From positions 2,790,001 to 2,854,000 of the forward strand of contig CDRNST010000002.1 of assembly GCA_977016875.1 (NCBI GenBank): a stretch of DNA of 64,000 bases. Reading direction: 5' to 3'. Position numbers and translations under genes: made by a program. How positions within the stretch are numbered: position 1 is the stretch's first letter; each line of letters begins with the position of its first letter. This DNA is from Pavona decussata (Eukaryota). A model generated the notes under the pieces. It made no database searches. It had not been told where the DNA came from and saw only the letters and a program-made list of their open reading frames with translations. Shown piece by piece: positions 22,803 to 36,570 of the stretch.

Positions 22803-24974
22803 TTAAGCAATAGACCGCACTTCCCAGAAGTTTACCAGCGTAATAAAACCACGCGGGATGTTGGGAGAACACGAGAAAGCTTGTAACTCACGAGCCGCAG
22901 GCAAGTGATTTACAAGCTTGGACAAAAACACTTAGAAATCGGCGCTTTTTATTTTGTAACTTGATCAAGTTGTTTATTCTCTTCAAATTCATCAGTAAAG
23001 CGGGAGAACCAATCACAAATCGGGATCTATTTTGAGCATAAACCTGTTGAATCGCCGAAGGACGCATCGCAGTTTGAGCGAATGAATGAAAGTGTTTTTT
23101 AAGGTGAATTACTGTCTAACTCTCACAAAAATGTGGCTAAAAAAGGTTAATGCCTTGGCGAAAGAATGCTTTTTATCAGCAGATAGCAGTTACTGATGAA
23201 AAGTGATGTTTACACTGCCGATTTTACATGAATTAAACATATTGCTGTATGCCGTGGACGTCGCAACTGTGCTGTGGTGAGCCATCCCTGTCGAGACGCT
23301 GTTCATGTTTATTGTGGAACTTGTACATGGCAGCTGCTGGAATGGACTTCTTATAGCTGTACTTTGCTGAACGGCAGATGTTTGTACTTCTTCATCTTCG
23401 CAAAGTGCCACTGTCAACACGTCGCTGCACTTTCGAAGCTGATTTACTGATGGCTGATTGTGATAGCTTCGCAAGCTCGCTTCATTGCGGTGGCCAGAAA
23501 TTGCCATGATCTCTCGATCTGTTAATCCGGCGTTGGCCTACAGGGTTATGGCTGTCGCTCTCACCGAATGGTTGGTGTAGGTACGGGACAGACCTGCTTC
23601 GGCACTGATTTCTTTCATTAATGAAGACAACTTGTTCTTTCCGAGTGGCCGATTTTCATACCACACTTTATCTGAAGGGCGCCAATTTCTCTTCGGATAC
23701 TGAAATAGTGCATCGCATTGTGGATTGAGCTTTGTGAGGGAGACTTCCAGAGCAGAATAGCCATCGGTTGTACAGGTGGTTTTGTACATTCGGCCATTTT
23801 TTTCGAAGCTCTCCACTTCTGAAATTCCCCCTGGATGGTTTTTTGTCGTTTCGTCGTGCGTCATGGTGACGAAAGGGCAGTCTGTTGCATCTCTCTCAAA
23901 CGCAAAGCTTGTTTTCTTGAGGTTTCTCTGGCCTTCAAACTCACGACGACACCAAAACAGAGAAACATGAAACCAGACGTTTCTCAAGAGGGACAGCGGC
24001 TTGGTGAGTGAAAAAACTTCACTTGTTTTGAGCTTGGCCAGGTCTTCTTTTTCTATTGCTGGTTTGTGCTTGGTGTTTTACATGCCTTCTTGCTTAAGCT
24101 GCTTAATTTTGGCGTCAAGCATTTGGTTTGAGAGGACAAAACGTGGGTCGTGAGTGAACCTTATTCCTAAACTGTGTAATGGTGTGTTTAGATATCTCTC
24201 AATGCCATTTCTTAAGGAGAGAAGAGTCGCGTGGCTGTCAGTAATTTTCGCTTCTTTATTTCTTGCTTCGGCGTAGAATTGCCTCAGATTCCTGTCCAGC
24301 TCTTCGACCGCCATTTCCGCCAGACTTACGCCAATAGCCTTTTGTTTACTCCACTCTAGGTGAACGGAGAAAGAGGAATTGTGATTTGAGCAGTTAATAT
24401 CAAATACCTTGTACTCGGGTTGAACGGTTAGTTTTAATTGTTTTAAACGCTTCAAGTTATTTGTAAACAACTTGACTTTGGCATATAAACCTTCAATAAA
24501 TTACAAATTTTGTACTGTTTATCAATCCTGTTTGAGCCGTTTATTTTATAAAATAACACTTTCAGTGAAAAGCCAGGCTAAAAGATTATTCATGTAATTA
24601 AAACCAACCTGTGAATACGGAAACTGCCCACTGTGTTGCCTGCTTGGTTTTTTTGGCTTGTGCATTTTCGACGATCGAGTCAAGTTCTTCGTTTTCCACA
24701 TCGGAAAATCTTCTCTTTTTGCTCGACCTTTCTTCTTCTGTCTCAGAATTTAAGCTCTCCTTTTTAAAATTTGGCTCCAAATTTTTATTGTGCGGCAAAA
24801 GCACATCAAAGCCTGACAACATGTCGAAGTTCGGAAAGTTTTCGTGGCGCTCGTCGGCCATTATCGAGAAATCTCCAGCGGGAGAGCAGCGGGAATTTAC
24901 CGGTACAATAGTACATAGGTTTGGCAACTCTATTGACCAATCAGAACGCGCGTAGTATGTTGGTTATTTTATAA
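22803..24974 (-). mobile_element. Crypton (tyrosine-recombinase DNA transposon, CryptonA/DUF3504-like), approximate extent
   Basis: Contains the spliced tyrosine-recombinase pseudogene below. The non-coding flanks look like element ends; boundaries are approximate. Confidence 0.65.
23190..24861 (-). pseudogene. Crypton tyrosine recombinase pseudogene; exons 24861-24609 and 24355-23190
   Basis: Phase-1 GT-AG intron. A single frame carries two premature stops (24080-78 TAA and 23540-38 TAG). Motifs: RFSDVENEELD...TQWAVSVFTEW, LRQFYAEAR, FWCRREFEGQRNL (catalytic Arg region), YTNHSVRATAIT (HxxR) and ISGHRNEASLRSY (His and catalytic Tyr). Confidence 0.88.
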
Positions 24975-24980
24975 ATTGCA

Positions 24981-25156
24981 ATAGGCCATTTCCGAGTTGC
25001 TGTGAACCTTATTGTGAAAGCGAGGCTAAGTGCAAAACTTTTCATATGAAAATTAGTTTTGTTTGCACATGAATGAAAACTAATTTTCTAACTAATTACT
25101 TTGCTCTTAGCCTCGCTTTCATAATGAGGCTGAAAGCAACTCAGACATGGCCTATT
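24981..25156. mobile_element. MITE
   Basis: TIR ATAGGCCATTTCCGAGTTGC / GCAACTCAGACATGGCCTAT. Confidence 0.8.
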
Positions 25157-25700
25157 TGATAAAGAAATGAGTGGCACGTTCCCGTACAGTTAGCGTGCCC
25201 CTTTTAGTTCTTCTGGCCATACGTTGCCGCCATCTGTGATCTGAAGCTATATCTCTGTACATTTATTCATCGTTCAAAGTTTCAAAATGTACTTCTACTA
25301 CTGAATAATCAATGAGTGGTTCACCCGGGTGTGTTGTTTCATTTGCGTAAATGAAACTGCCATACAGTAGTTGTCCTTCTGAAAATCATTTGATCAGTTG
25401 TATTTTAGAGATATCTCTATGACTCAGGTTCCCCAAAAGATAAACTCTTATTACTTGTGCCGAAGGGCGACAAGTCCGGAAAGACCAGAAATATATTGTC
25501 GCTTTTTTGTGTGTGTCACAGGTATCCCAAGCTCCACGGATACCTGAACAATTTTAATACAAGAGATAAGAAATTAAACCAAAAAAGCAGCTTCATTAAC
25601 CAGATGCACATGACAGCTGTTGGCACACACATCCATTATGATTCTTTCCTTTTTTGGTACTTTGGGAGGACTGTAGCTTCAAATCCAGAGGCAAACGTAT

Positions 25701-25782
25701 TAGCCTCCCACGCAGTCGTTTTTAGGGGACTCCTATTACCTCCTACACACGAGTCCCCTAAAAACGACTACGTGGGAGGCTA
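25701..25782. mobile_element. 82-bp TA-bounded MITE
   Basis: Near-perfect 32-bp TIR TAGCCTCCCACGCAGTCGTTTTTAGGGGACTC / GAGTCCCCTAAAAACGACTACGTGGGAGGCTA. Confidence 0.85.
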
Positions 25783-28700
25783 CAAAAGTATAGGCTACCT
25801 CTAGACTCGTGATTGCTGCCGCAGCGAGGGAGCCTGAAGCAACCAAATAAGGCAGCACTCTAATCGGCACAAATATATACGTATGGGGCCTTTCGTTCAG
25901 CTTTCTTGCAAAATGCAAAGCACTGTGGTTGCGGTAAGATCAAAGCATTGTCTTTAATTTTGTGGACACCACAATGCAACGCGCTGCTCTCCTCTGTTCG
26001 ACTGTTCTGATCGACTGGAGGAATCGGAGTGACTATTTTGAATTGTTCCTACTTCGTTTATATTTTCTTAACTGCATCGCTTTTAATTTCAGAACACAAT
26101 ATATTGGCATTTAGGCTTAAGATATATCCTCTGGTAAGAATAAATAAAGGCAAATTCTTGAAAGTTGTGGTTGTTGACATTGATAACCCGCGCTGATTAT
26201 TCTCATTATTCGCGATTTCGTCTCGAATTCCGCATAGTGCCATGTCTGCCTTTAGTTTCTTGGTTACGGTGGTAGCTAACAAGTCGTACAACGTGTCAAT
26301 TTCGAAGAAACTCGATAAGTAATATACAGTTGCCCTGTAGTAACATGAGTGGTTTGCTCCGATGGGCGATGACCAAGGAGAAGCTGTTAAAGTACCAGGA
26401 TTCAGGCTACACTATAATTTGAAAACTACCTTATCTGAAAAGTAAAGAATGAATATACAAGGCCTGTGTTTGTAGAGAAATGGTCTTACACCGAATGGTT
26501 CAGTTTCAGCACTTTGGCAGACCATAACGTTGACCGTGCTGAAATCGCTGAGACAGCGTATTCCAATCATGCAACCTTCCATATCGTCTCTGGTTGTTTT
26601 TTTTTTCAGCAGGGCAAAACGGTATTTCAGCTGAGCTTTAACACTTAAACATTAAAATGACACTTCAAATGCTTTTCTGGATATTAATCGTTTTCAAATG
26701 ACAAGCTTGACATGACGACATTTCATTTCATTTCAGATTTTTCATTACGCGGCTTTCAACATGCCAATAAATACACTTTGAGTTGTTACACACGTTATTT
26801 GTTCATTATACTGAGTTTTCCTGCTCCACATTTGGGCAGAATGAGCCAATTTCAACCCTCCCTTCCTATTCTCAACGCAGTTCTTAACTCACTGGTTCCC
26901 TCCCCACGACAGCATTCACTGCCGTTCCGGTATACCAGTTTAGCTAAGTTTAGACAGACTTAAATAGTCGCAAGTGAACAGTTAAAAAGGCTGTCTGCAG
27001 CATGACATATATAAACTAGACAGCTTGATCAATCGATAGATAAATAGATAGTTTATGTAAAAATTACCCAGTGCATCCAATAAGTTTCATTGCGTAATTT
27101 GCAATTTATAAATCCTAATAATAGACAAGGGAAAGGGATAAGAGCCAGAGTAATCCTATATAATATCAATAGCATCTTATTATTCAAAACACTGTAAAAC
27201 TGTCCAAAAATGGTCATATTTGTCTTCTGCGATATACGTAATTTGGTGAGTCGTGAAGAAGAATGTAACAAATCTTTTCAGCAAAAAAATGTGCTTTGTT
27301 ATCAATATCAATGTTATCAGTTGACAGTTTGCTACAGAAATCGGCAACAGTGGCATCAGTCAATGAGCAAGTTACAGATCTCGTGCATTTAGGGTGTGGA
27401 AAATGAAGAAAATGTGAGGCGTAAGGAAAAACAACAACGACAACAACAAAACAAACAAACAAACAAACAAAAAACAAGTAAGCATGAGGGTACAAAAATA
27501 TGGCCCTCCTTTTGCTCCTCAGGATATTTCTATCTTGCTCACAATTTTTCGTTTGATGTCTTGTTTGCTATTTGTTCGTTTGTTATTTTTATTCGGCCAG
27601 CTCGCGAAGGTGATGTTAAAAGGTGGAATTTTTTATCGACCATATTCTCAACAATGCGCACAGGAAGCCTTTAGCAACTCAGTGATTTTGTTCCAGCAGC
27701 GTGTTGTAAGTTTCCGAAGACAGAACAAAAACTAGCAATGGGCTGCCGCAAGATATTGCTTCGTTAACAGTTTTCCGACAACTTTTCCACTTGGGTTAAA
27801 AATCTTTCTGAGTAACTGAACATCACTATAACTCTAGCCGTTTTCGCCGTTCATGATTAGACAAGACATCCGCTCAAAACTTAAAACTATAGTGGGTCTG
27901 CTCGCAGAACCAAAACTACAAGCCTAATCATGACAAAAACAACATTGAGAATAAACTTTTCAAGAATCCCGAGCTCTCCGGAAGCTAACCAGCTGAACCG
28001 TTTATAACGAGGACGCGTGAGGTATTATCAGGATGGCTGGAAGTCGGTATTGTTTTCAATAACATAATTAAACCACTCTGATCCACGCAACAAACCGCCC
28101 ACGTACATAGGATTGTGTTTTTCATGATGTGCACCGCTTCAGCGTTAACAATGATATTTTTCGAGGTTTTGTTTACACTTAACAGATTTTTTGTTGTTTT
28201 CGTTGTTCGCTTTTAGGACACTCCAATGGAACCCACACTGGGGAGACTGCCTGCAGACTACAATATTGGACATAGTCCGGCCAAAAAAAGAAGAAAGGGT
28301 TCCCGTAAATAAGTCGGACATTTTATAACTTCAGGAATCCTAAGGTTGGGAAGCCTTGATTCGTGTTTCAGTCAGATTAATCCATCCATCAGGAAAGTGG
28401 ATTCTCACGCTCGTTGCCCTAACTACTGTTGTCGCCCACGTAAATCATTTCAGTCACGATATCTCTGAGTCATCGTTACCAACTAATTTAGGGAGGTGAG
28501 ATTTTTCATTATTCAAAACACTGACTCACTCCACGTGCCTGGCGCCATGTGTCATGCCTGACGTGTAAACCCAAATAATGTGTCTGCGTCAATTTACTTT
28601 ATCCATTTTATACCAGAGGAGACGTCGGCAAACCCAAAGAGACTTTTCTGAGAGTCAACAAATCCCAAAGCTTGAAGGAAAAATTCCCTGGGCCTAGCAT

Positions 28701-30475
28701 GTTTACTTTTAACCAAAAATAGTCAACTTTGCTCTTAGTTCACTTTTCCCATGTCAGGAACTCCCTGTCCTCGCGACAAGTCCCATTACAAGCTACAGGC
28801 TGGTTTCCCTTCGTCTTGTATTTGAAAACAAAAGAAACTTAGCTTTTCTTCTTTACCTCTTAATAGCGCCACCACAGCAATTTTATTTTTATTACGAGGG
28901 CTGGGTAAAACTCATTGATAGCTTTGATTCTTTTTTTTTTACACATTTTACAGACCAAAACCCAACGTCCGACATTACGTGACTCAGTAAGAGAGAACGG
29001 TAAATGATTTGTGTAAGGTCTCAATCAACTGCAGTGATAATACGTGCCTCTTCGTAATTCAATCTAAATCGTGCACGTGTATGGCCACATTGTTCCATCA
29101 GTTTCTTTGTGTCTCACTTCCTGATTTAAACTAAAGGTCAACTCTGCAAGGGAAGGCTTAGTTAGATTTGATAAATCGGGTATAAATGGTGTGGCAAACC
29201 TTGAGATAAGATTAGGATACAGATTATAAATAGACGTATACAAACAAATATACCCATAAATACGTTATAACTTTTAACCTTCCTAACTTTTAATATTCTG
29301 CTTTATTACGTGCGTGCCGGCACTCGGACAGGAGAGTACATGTTGTCTTGTATTTCAAACTATTTTTCCAACTGTTTACTTTTTTTGGTTAACCTTAGTT
29401 CGTAACTTCTCACCGACAATACGTAGCAATAGCATATCTTTTATTGCAATTTAAACTTTTTGACAACTGATAAAAGGGAAGGCTCAGTTGTATTTGATCA
29501 ATCGAGGTTAAATGGTTTGGCAAACCTTTCCAGCTTCCCAACCACAAATACTCAGCGGAAGCAGACGTGATAACATATCTTTTCTTGTAATTAAATTTTC
29601 GTTTTCCGTATTCTGTCGGTCTTTGGTCTCCAATTTACGTCAATTCTTAGTTTCGACAAGGAACTAAAGAGGAAAAATATAGATCCACCTATAATAAATC
29701 TGATATCTGAGACCCAAGGTCAAATATAGATCTACTTATAAAATGACCGTCACTAATATTCGCCATGATTGCCTAGAAGAATAATTTGCATGGCAACGAG
29801 CCAAGCAATGAAAACAATTATTAGACAATAGATAGATAGTTTTATGAGAAAACACTTACAGCCAAAGGATGAATTACAGTTATCTGTAAGAAAATATAAA
29901 ACTACAATAAAGGCTAAAGTTAATTTAAAAAATAGAGAATATCGTACTAAATTTCAAATACTACAATTCAGTTAGAATTTAGAAATACTGATTTTCGCCA
30001 AGGTAGAACTCTTTTAAAAGGAAGAGTACGAAGGTCACGCGATGCCTCCACAATTATATATTTTACTTCCCTTTCCCGTTGTTTTTAATTTTTGCCGCAT
30101 TCAATTTCCTCTCTGAAGATGATGAAATATTCGGGCTGCAAAATTGAATTTCGTTGGATTTTACTTCTCCACTTTCACAGAAAAGTCAGAGTACATTGAA
30201 GAATAAAAGGCCTGATAAATTGCCAGACTGGTATGTATGCACTGATCCACTGTCCCAGCGTAACCTTTTTTGGTTTAGTGAACAAAAGGCGGAACATGAA
30301 ATTGCGTGTTAATGCGTCGCCACGTTTCCTGGGAGTTGGTCATTTACAATGATTCGCCAATAATACTCACCACAAACAACGTAGGTTGGCAGATAATGGG
30401 ATGGACTCCTCACGTCAGAGATTATTTTTTTCTACTTTGTTTCCCGTTACCATAGCAATGCAAGGGATACTACAG

Positions 30476-30587
30476 TATAAATAAATGAAGCTGGAACACT
30501 GATCGCTCAAACAGAATTCACCCTCAGCTAATTTCGTACTTCCAAGACAGTGGAAGCTCATCGGCCATCCTTTTGTTGGATAAACTG
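30476..30587 (+). promoter_or_regulatory. Putative TATA box and non-coding first exon of paralog 1
   Basis: TATAAATA at 30476, a strong donor CTG|GTAAGT at 30588, and an acceptor CCTACGCAG at 32128, 26 nt before the ATG. Confidence 0.55.
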
Positions 30588-32154
30588 GTAAGTAGTTTAT
30601 AAATTATTTCTTTATGTTCAAGGCTAAAAACGATGACTATTTGTTTAAAACTCCTTCACTGGAGGTCACTATCGCTATAACACTTGTTGATTATAAGATA
30701 GGTCATGTTGATAATATCCGTTACAATTTCTGAAGCGAGTCTTCTAAACCGTTAGCAAAGAGTTCCGAACTATAAAAAAATAATAAAAAAAGGGTTAAAA
30801 CGATCAATGAAGGATTTAAAAATTTCAGCTACAAAAAAAAAAAAAAAAAAAGACTGTGGACTGAAAAGATCATTAACACATTTTTCCACTTGAGTACATG
30901 TCATTATTGTCTCTGATTCGATCTGGTTCGATGGTTCTGAATCATTGTCTGCTACTCAAATTCTTTGTCTCTTTTTCACTGTTTTTCTTAATTCTGACTA
31001 GAATGAATTCGATCTATTTTTTTTGGAGCCATTGTATTTAGTTTACGTTCCACTCGATTTTAAAACATTTCCTTTGAAAGGTATTCCTGATCCAATATTT
31101 TGTGTTTTAACTTTTGATTCGGTGGATGTAATTCCTGTGGGCCATATAAACTTGATTCTGTTGCGAAGCACTTAGTTTAGCTTACTAGGTTAAGTATAAG
31201 AACAAGCGTTTTGGGGATATTGGTTGGCTTTACGCTAGATAGCCTTTAAGTTTTGCCTAGCAAAGATGACGTGTGTGATGTCAGACTTAGTATGTCATTA
31301 AGTCGGCAAGGAAGACGTACTTAAAAAAAAGACATTCTTTGTATTTCTTCTAACTGCGCAAAATATGTCTTTTGATAGTGTTCGCGCGGGCTTTCTTATA
31401 ACAAAAAGATTGCCAGAAATGTTTTACACACTTTGTTACTCAGTTTCATCTCTTGCTGCTCTTTTTAAGGTCAATACGTGTAAAAACAGTTTATTTAGGA
31501 AGGGATCTGGCGTGTGGCATCCGACCGCTTTCAATTTGCCCTCTCAGCCGGGCTCGCAAAGGGTGCCGGAAGTCTTCAATATACTTTGGTTGAGAAAGGT
31601 TTATTAATAGAAATGAGAGTGACTGTATTAGGGCTCTAAGTTGAATTTCAAAGACGGAAATCATACTGAAAGAATTACATGAGATATAAAAGAGACGCCG
31701 CAACAATTTTTACCGTTTCAAAAAGGGAGAAGGAACTCTTGAAAGTCTTAAAATAGTTTACCGCTTCTTACCAAATTTGTATCAACTGGGAGGCCGTTTC
31801 GTTGGACTGTCATCTGCATGATTACACCATCCGACTGGCCGCTTTTGCAAATGAAACGTAGACGTTGCTCTTTGGAACGAGGAATAAAATTGAAATGCAA
31901 TATCATCGGTTATATTGTTTGAACGAGCCGGCATGCGTGATAAAATTTTAAAGCCGACCAAAGCATGCCTTGGAGTTAATAAGATTCAAGGTATCGATGT
32001 CATCCATGTTTTAGTACCTACTGTTTTAGGTGACATGGACTTACGGATAATGGTTCGACATCTTGAGAGAAAGTCACCACCGTATTTGTATTGTCCTTCT
32101 ACTAAAACTTTACTTGCTTCCTACGCAGATTATAGAAAACAACTATTGCTAACA

Positions 32155-33962
32155 ATGCACTTAACTGTGACCTTTCTCCTGATTGCTGCGGTCTTCGTTC
32201 ACGACACAGGTAAGTAGTATAATACTACTGTTATAGCTGTATAGCTTTTCGCACACACTTCCTTTTGATTTACGCCTGTGGAGTACAAAATACACATTTA
32301 CCAACTACTTTATACTGATATATTTATTTTGTGTTATTCCAGTGGCCTTAAAATATTTACCAATTGGTTGCTTCAAGGACAGGATAAAGAAATCGAAGCC
32401 AAGGCTACTCCCTAATCTGATTAAAAACTTCCGAGGAAATATAGACTGGTATAATCATAACAAGACAATCGATGCCTGCGCCGAAGAAGCGAGGAAAAAT
32501 GGAACTTTGTACTTCGCAATTCAGTTTTATGGGGAATGTTGGACCGGCCCAATGGCTCACTTGACTTTTGACCAAGCTGGCCCGTCTAATAGTTGCATCT
32601 CTGGTGTTGGCAAAGCAAGAACAAACTTTGTGTACATGCTTACTGGTAAAGGTAAGTGTCCCCAGCGGAGGGGAGGCGGGGGTGGGGGGCAACTCAGATA
32701 TATTAGTGACGGGGAAGTGTGAATGAGGCCAAATCGTTAGCGGAATCCCAAAAAAGTCCAGTTGGGCTAAAGCTGAACACAAAAAAGTCCATTGGCCGGT
32801 CCAGAAAGCAACCCCTAAAGTCTAATTTTTTTCTTTACATTAAAAGTCCAAACTCGCAAAAAAAGCCCTTAGATCGCTAATTCCAAACCCCTTAAAGGCC
32901 CTCGGACCTCCCCCGTCACTGCTTTACCTGAGTATCTCCTGGGTAAGTGTACTTTTTGGTGAATAAAAAGTCCAGTTTTCTGTTACTCTCGACTGAGTCA
33001 CTCCAATGGTGCAATTTTCTTTACATGGAAATTGTGGTACGATTATAAATCCGTTCTTGAAGAACCAGTATAAAAAGTTTGCCGCTATAAATCCTCATCC
33101 GATTTCAGACCAAAACACGAGTTATTTCACAGCAATTATGATCCCTTACCCACACTTAAATTCTTTCGCACCGTCAGTAAGCAAAATGTTCTATACTGTG
33201 ACCAAAAGGGCTCAAATATTGAATGGAGCTTTGGACTTGTACAGTAATGCAGTGTGAGAAATTATTCCTTGCCGTTTAGTAAGGTTCAACCGTTGACCTC
33301 TCACTGCGTTGCAAACTTTTTCAAAATTAGAATAGCGACGTCCTCACTAGTACTTGTAGCCCACAGTAAAGACCATTTCGGTTTTTTCCCACAGAGAATG
33401 AATGCGCCAGTTACAACATTTTAGATTCAGCGGACCGGTCGCGGACGTACTCCATTGATACTTCACGTGCACTGAAGTGTGATTACTGGAGTCGCGGTTT
33501 TGACTCAAAACGCTGGAACAGATTTGAGGGCGCAGCGGGACAGACCATGGCTGAAGGATATGTGGAACCAGGGCGATGTCAAACTGTCAAGAGTGGATGG
33601 ATGGATGGAAAGCATCCAAAGGTTGGTATACTTAAGGCCATAAGTGTCCAGCCAAACTCAACAACTGGCAATTATACCACGAGCGCGCGTTGGATACGAG
33701 ATGATAGATCGGCGCTGGCAACAATGATTTAATATCCAACAAGCACGAGTGGAATAATGTTTAATTAAAACAAGCAAACAGTATTGCTAGATCTTGCTGA
33801 TTTCGCTGTACAAAAACAACCAGAAGACAATTTAATGGTCGCAATTTGTCGGGCATGGTGTAATGGTTCATGTAGCATGGCCGCTAAGCCAATCAGATCC
33901 CTATAATTGTATTATAAAATCCATCCAGTTTCATTAAAATAATTAATAATTATTCCACGAGC

Positions 33963-34020
<58 letters not shown>

Positions 34021-34257
34021 AATCATCTCATATCCAACAAGCGCAAGTGGAATAATTGTTTTATTAAAAACAACCGAGAAATATTGCTAGATCTTACTGA
34101 TTTCGCTATGCAAGAACGACCAGAAGGCAATTTAATGGTCGCCACTTCTCGGCCATGGTATAATTGCTCATATACCATGGCCGCTAAGCCGATCAAATCC
34201 CTCGAATTGCATTATACAATGATGCAGTTTTTAATAATTAACAATTATTCCACGAGC

Positions 34258-34315
<58 letters not shown>

Positions 34316-34828
34316 AATCATCTCATATCCAACAAGCGCAAGTGGAATAATTGTTTTATTAAAAACAATCAAGGAATATTGCTAGATCTTACTGATTTTG
34401 CTGTGCAAGAACAACCAGCAGACAATTTAATGGTCGCCATATCTCGGCCATGGTATAATGGCTCATATACCATAGCCGCTAAGCCAATCAAATCCCTCGA
34501 ATTGCATTATACAATGATCCAGTTTTTAATAATGGCTGATATCCCATGGCCATTAAGTCAATCAAAACTTTGCATTATCAAGTAATGCAGTTCTTAATGT
34601 TATAACGCTAATTATTAAAAACTGCATCATTGTATAATGCAATTCGAGGGATTTGATTGGCTTAGCGGCCATGGTATATGAGCAATTATACCATGGCCGA
34701 GAAGTGGCGACCATTAAATTGCCTTCTGGTCGTTCTTGCACAGCGAAATCAGTAAGATCTAGCAATATTTCTCGGTTGTTTTTAATAAAACAATTATTCC
34801 ACTTGCGCTTGTTGGATATGAGATGATT

Positions 34829-34886
<58 letters not shown>

Positions 34887-36570
34887 GCTCGTGGAATAAT
34901 TGTTAACTATCAGTCATTTACAATTCCCGACAAATAGCGGCCATGAAATCGTCTTCAAAAGAAATCGACAAGATCTGGCAATTTTTTTGGTTGTTTTTTA
35001 AAAAAAACAATTACCCCAATCGAACTTGATATGAGATTATTATAGTCAATTCATTGATTGTTTCATATCCAACGTGCGCCCGAGGAATAATTAACCACTC
35101 ATGTATTTTATAACAAAACGAGTCATAGATAAGCTCATGTACGGCGCAGTTTAGGGGTAACTGTTCTATTCTATGGACCACAATGAAGTTTGAACATGAC
35201 TGTTTTTGACTTATCGAACAAACTTTTCTTTTAATTTTTTCTTCATCTATTCTACAGTTTGCTCGACTTGTAAGATATCACGAGACGATAGTCAGAGGCC
35301 AAATACTTAGCTTGCATTTGAATGGCCCAAATAATTCAATTTAAGAATCGGATCTACATTCCGTCCGACGATTAGGCAATTTACCTCCAAGTTTGTTTCT
35401 CGTTGATTGTGTGGTTATTGGGTCGATTTGTTGCACTACAATGATTTTTGTCAGTTTTTCCGGCACTTGAATTAAATTTGACGCGTCAAAAGTGTCGCGA
35501 CAACGCGAACCTAAACGCATTTAATTAGGATTGCCATACCGGCCCGAGATAATGGTGCTCGCAGGCCCGAAGCGTGTTGGTTTTCTAACTCGTAACGAAT
35601 AGTAAAGGAGATTTTGTTTAAACTAGTCCATTATTTAACAATTTCTCCGAATTTTCAACAGGTTGTCGATGGAATTCAAAACAAACGCGTCTGCTTTAGC
35701 GGGAAGGGGAATCCATGTGAACGGTCAACAACAATACGTGTAAGAAACTGCGGGAAATTTTACGTTTACTTCCTCCCAGACACACCAGGCTGTCTATTAC
35801 GCTATTGCGGGAATGGTAAGTCTAAATTTCACTTCTAGCTAGTCTGATCTAGTATTGGGGGTTATCACGGCGAGTTTGGACTAAAATTGGAGCCATGACG
35901 CAGAGTACTCTCGGTGCATTTTAATAGAGGGAAGGAAATAAAAACACCCGGTTGCTGGGAGAGGCATTTGAGGTTGCAGGGGAAGGAGGGGGGGATCAAG
36001 AAAGTTACTCAAAGTAGGCGGAAAGCGGGATCAAAAGTGGCAAACATCACCATCCTCATCACATTATACCAAAGAATTAGAATACACGTACAGGGATGAA
36101 GATTATGACAGGTGTTGGGAGGTCCCAGGCGGACCTTAATATATCAATAAACTAGAAAGAAAATTTAGGCAGAACCGGTGAAGACAGCTTGATATCTGCG
36201 ACTGAAAGAAAAGGCTTTAGGGCAAAGAGCTTTGCGAAAAGATAGCCAGAAGTCGAATCTAGCAACACGTGTTCTGTCGTTAGAAAGGGTGCGTTTTATT
36301 TCTAGCTAAACAGGGTCAAGTAAAAAGGAATAAATTATTTGTGGAGCTGAAACAAGAACGGAAATGGAGAAATAATGTTTTGTGTACAAATTAAGAAAGT
36401 AAATATAGTCACTGAACATTACTCGATAATGTAAATTTAGAAGGCAAAAATAATTTCTGAATGTTGCAAGATAAATTGAGTGACGGCTCTTAAAACCAGC
36501 TCTTTTGCTAATGAGTTTCCTGTTTTTTTCTTTTTCAGGAGTCAATAAATCCTCCAGCATTCATGTGTGA
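32155..36570 (+). CDS. Secreted WSC-like + D8C/D10C (uromodulin/GP2/OIT3-type) protein, paralog 1, 258 aa; exons 32155-32209, 32343-32651, 33395-33621, 35662-35815, 36539-36570
   Basis: All introns are GT-AG, giving 777 nt in frame. Signal peptide MHLTVTFLLIAAVFVHDTVA. WSC-like IGCFKD...NFR..IDW...FAIQFYGECW...NFVY. D10C NECxxYxxLDxxDR...CD...RFEGAAGxxM...RCQT...GWMDGKHP...VCF...VRNCGKFYVY...C..RYCG. AATAAA at 36812. The last exon is the least certain. Confidence 0.88.
33670..35092. repeat. Intronic array of a ~295-bp dispersed repeat: three direct copies, then one full and one partial inverted copy
   Basis: AATTATTCCACGAGCGCGCGTTGGATATGAGATG at 33948 and 34243 (period 295), with a diverged copy at 33670. 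Its reverse complement spans ~34610-34905 and a degraded copy spans 34935-35092. Confidence 0.9.

Noticed and set aside
25160-30400. Short ORFs between the Crypton and paralog 1
   Set aside because: No recognisable domains or consistent exon chain; treated as intergenic, although small exons cannot be excluded by eye.
33670-34905. CRISPR-like array, or repeated small ORFs MLDLTDFA...
   Set aside because: Units are ~295 bp with no unique spacers, lie in a spliceosomal intron, and belong to a dispersed repeat family; the ORFs are by-products.
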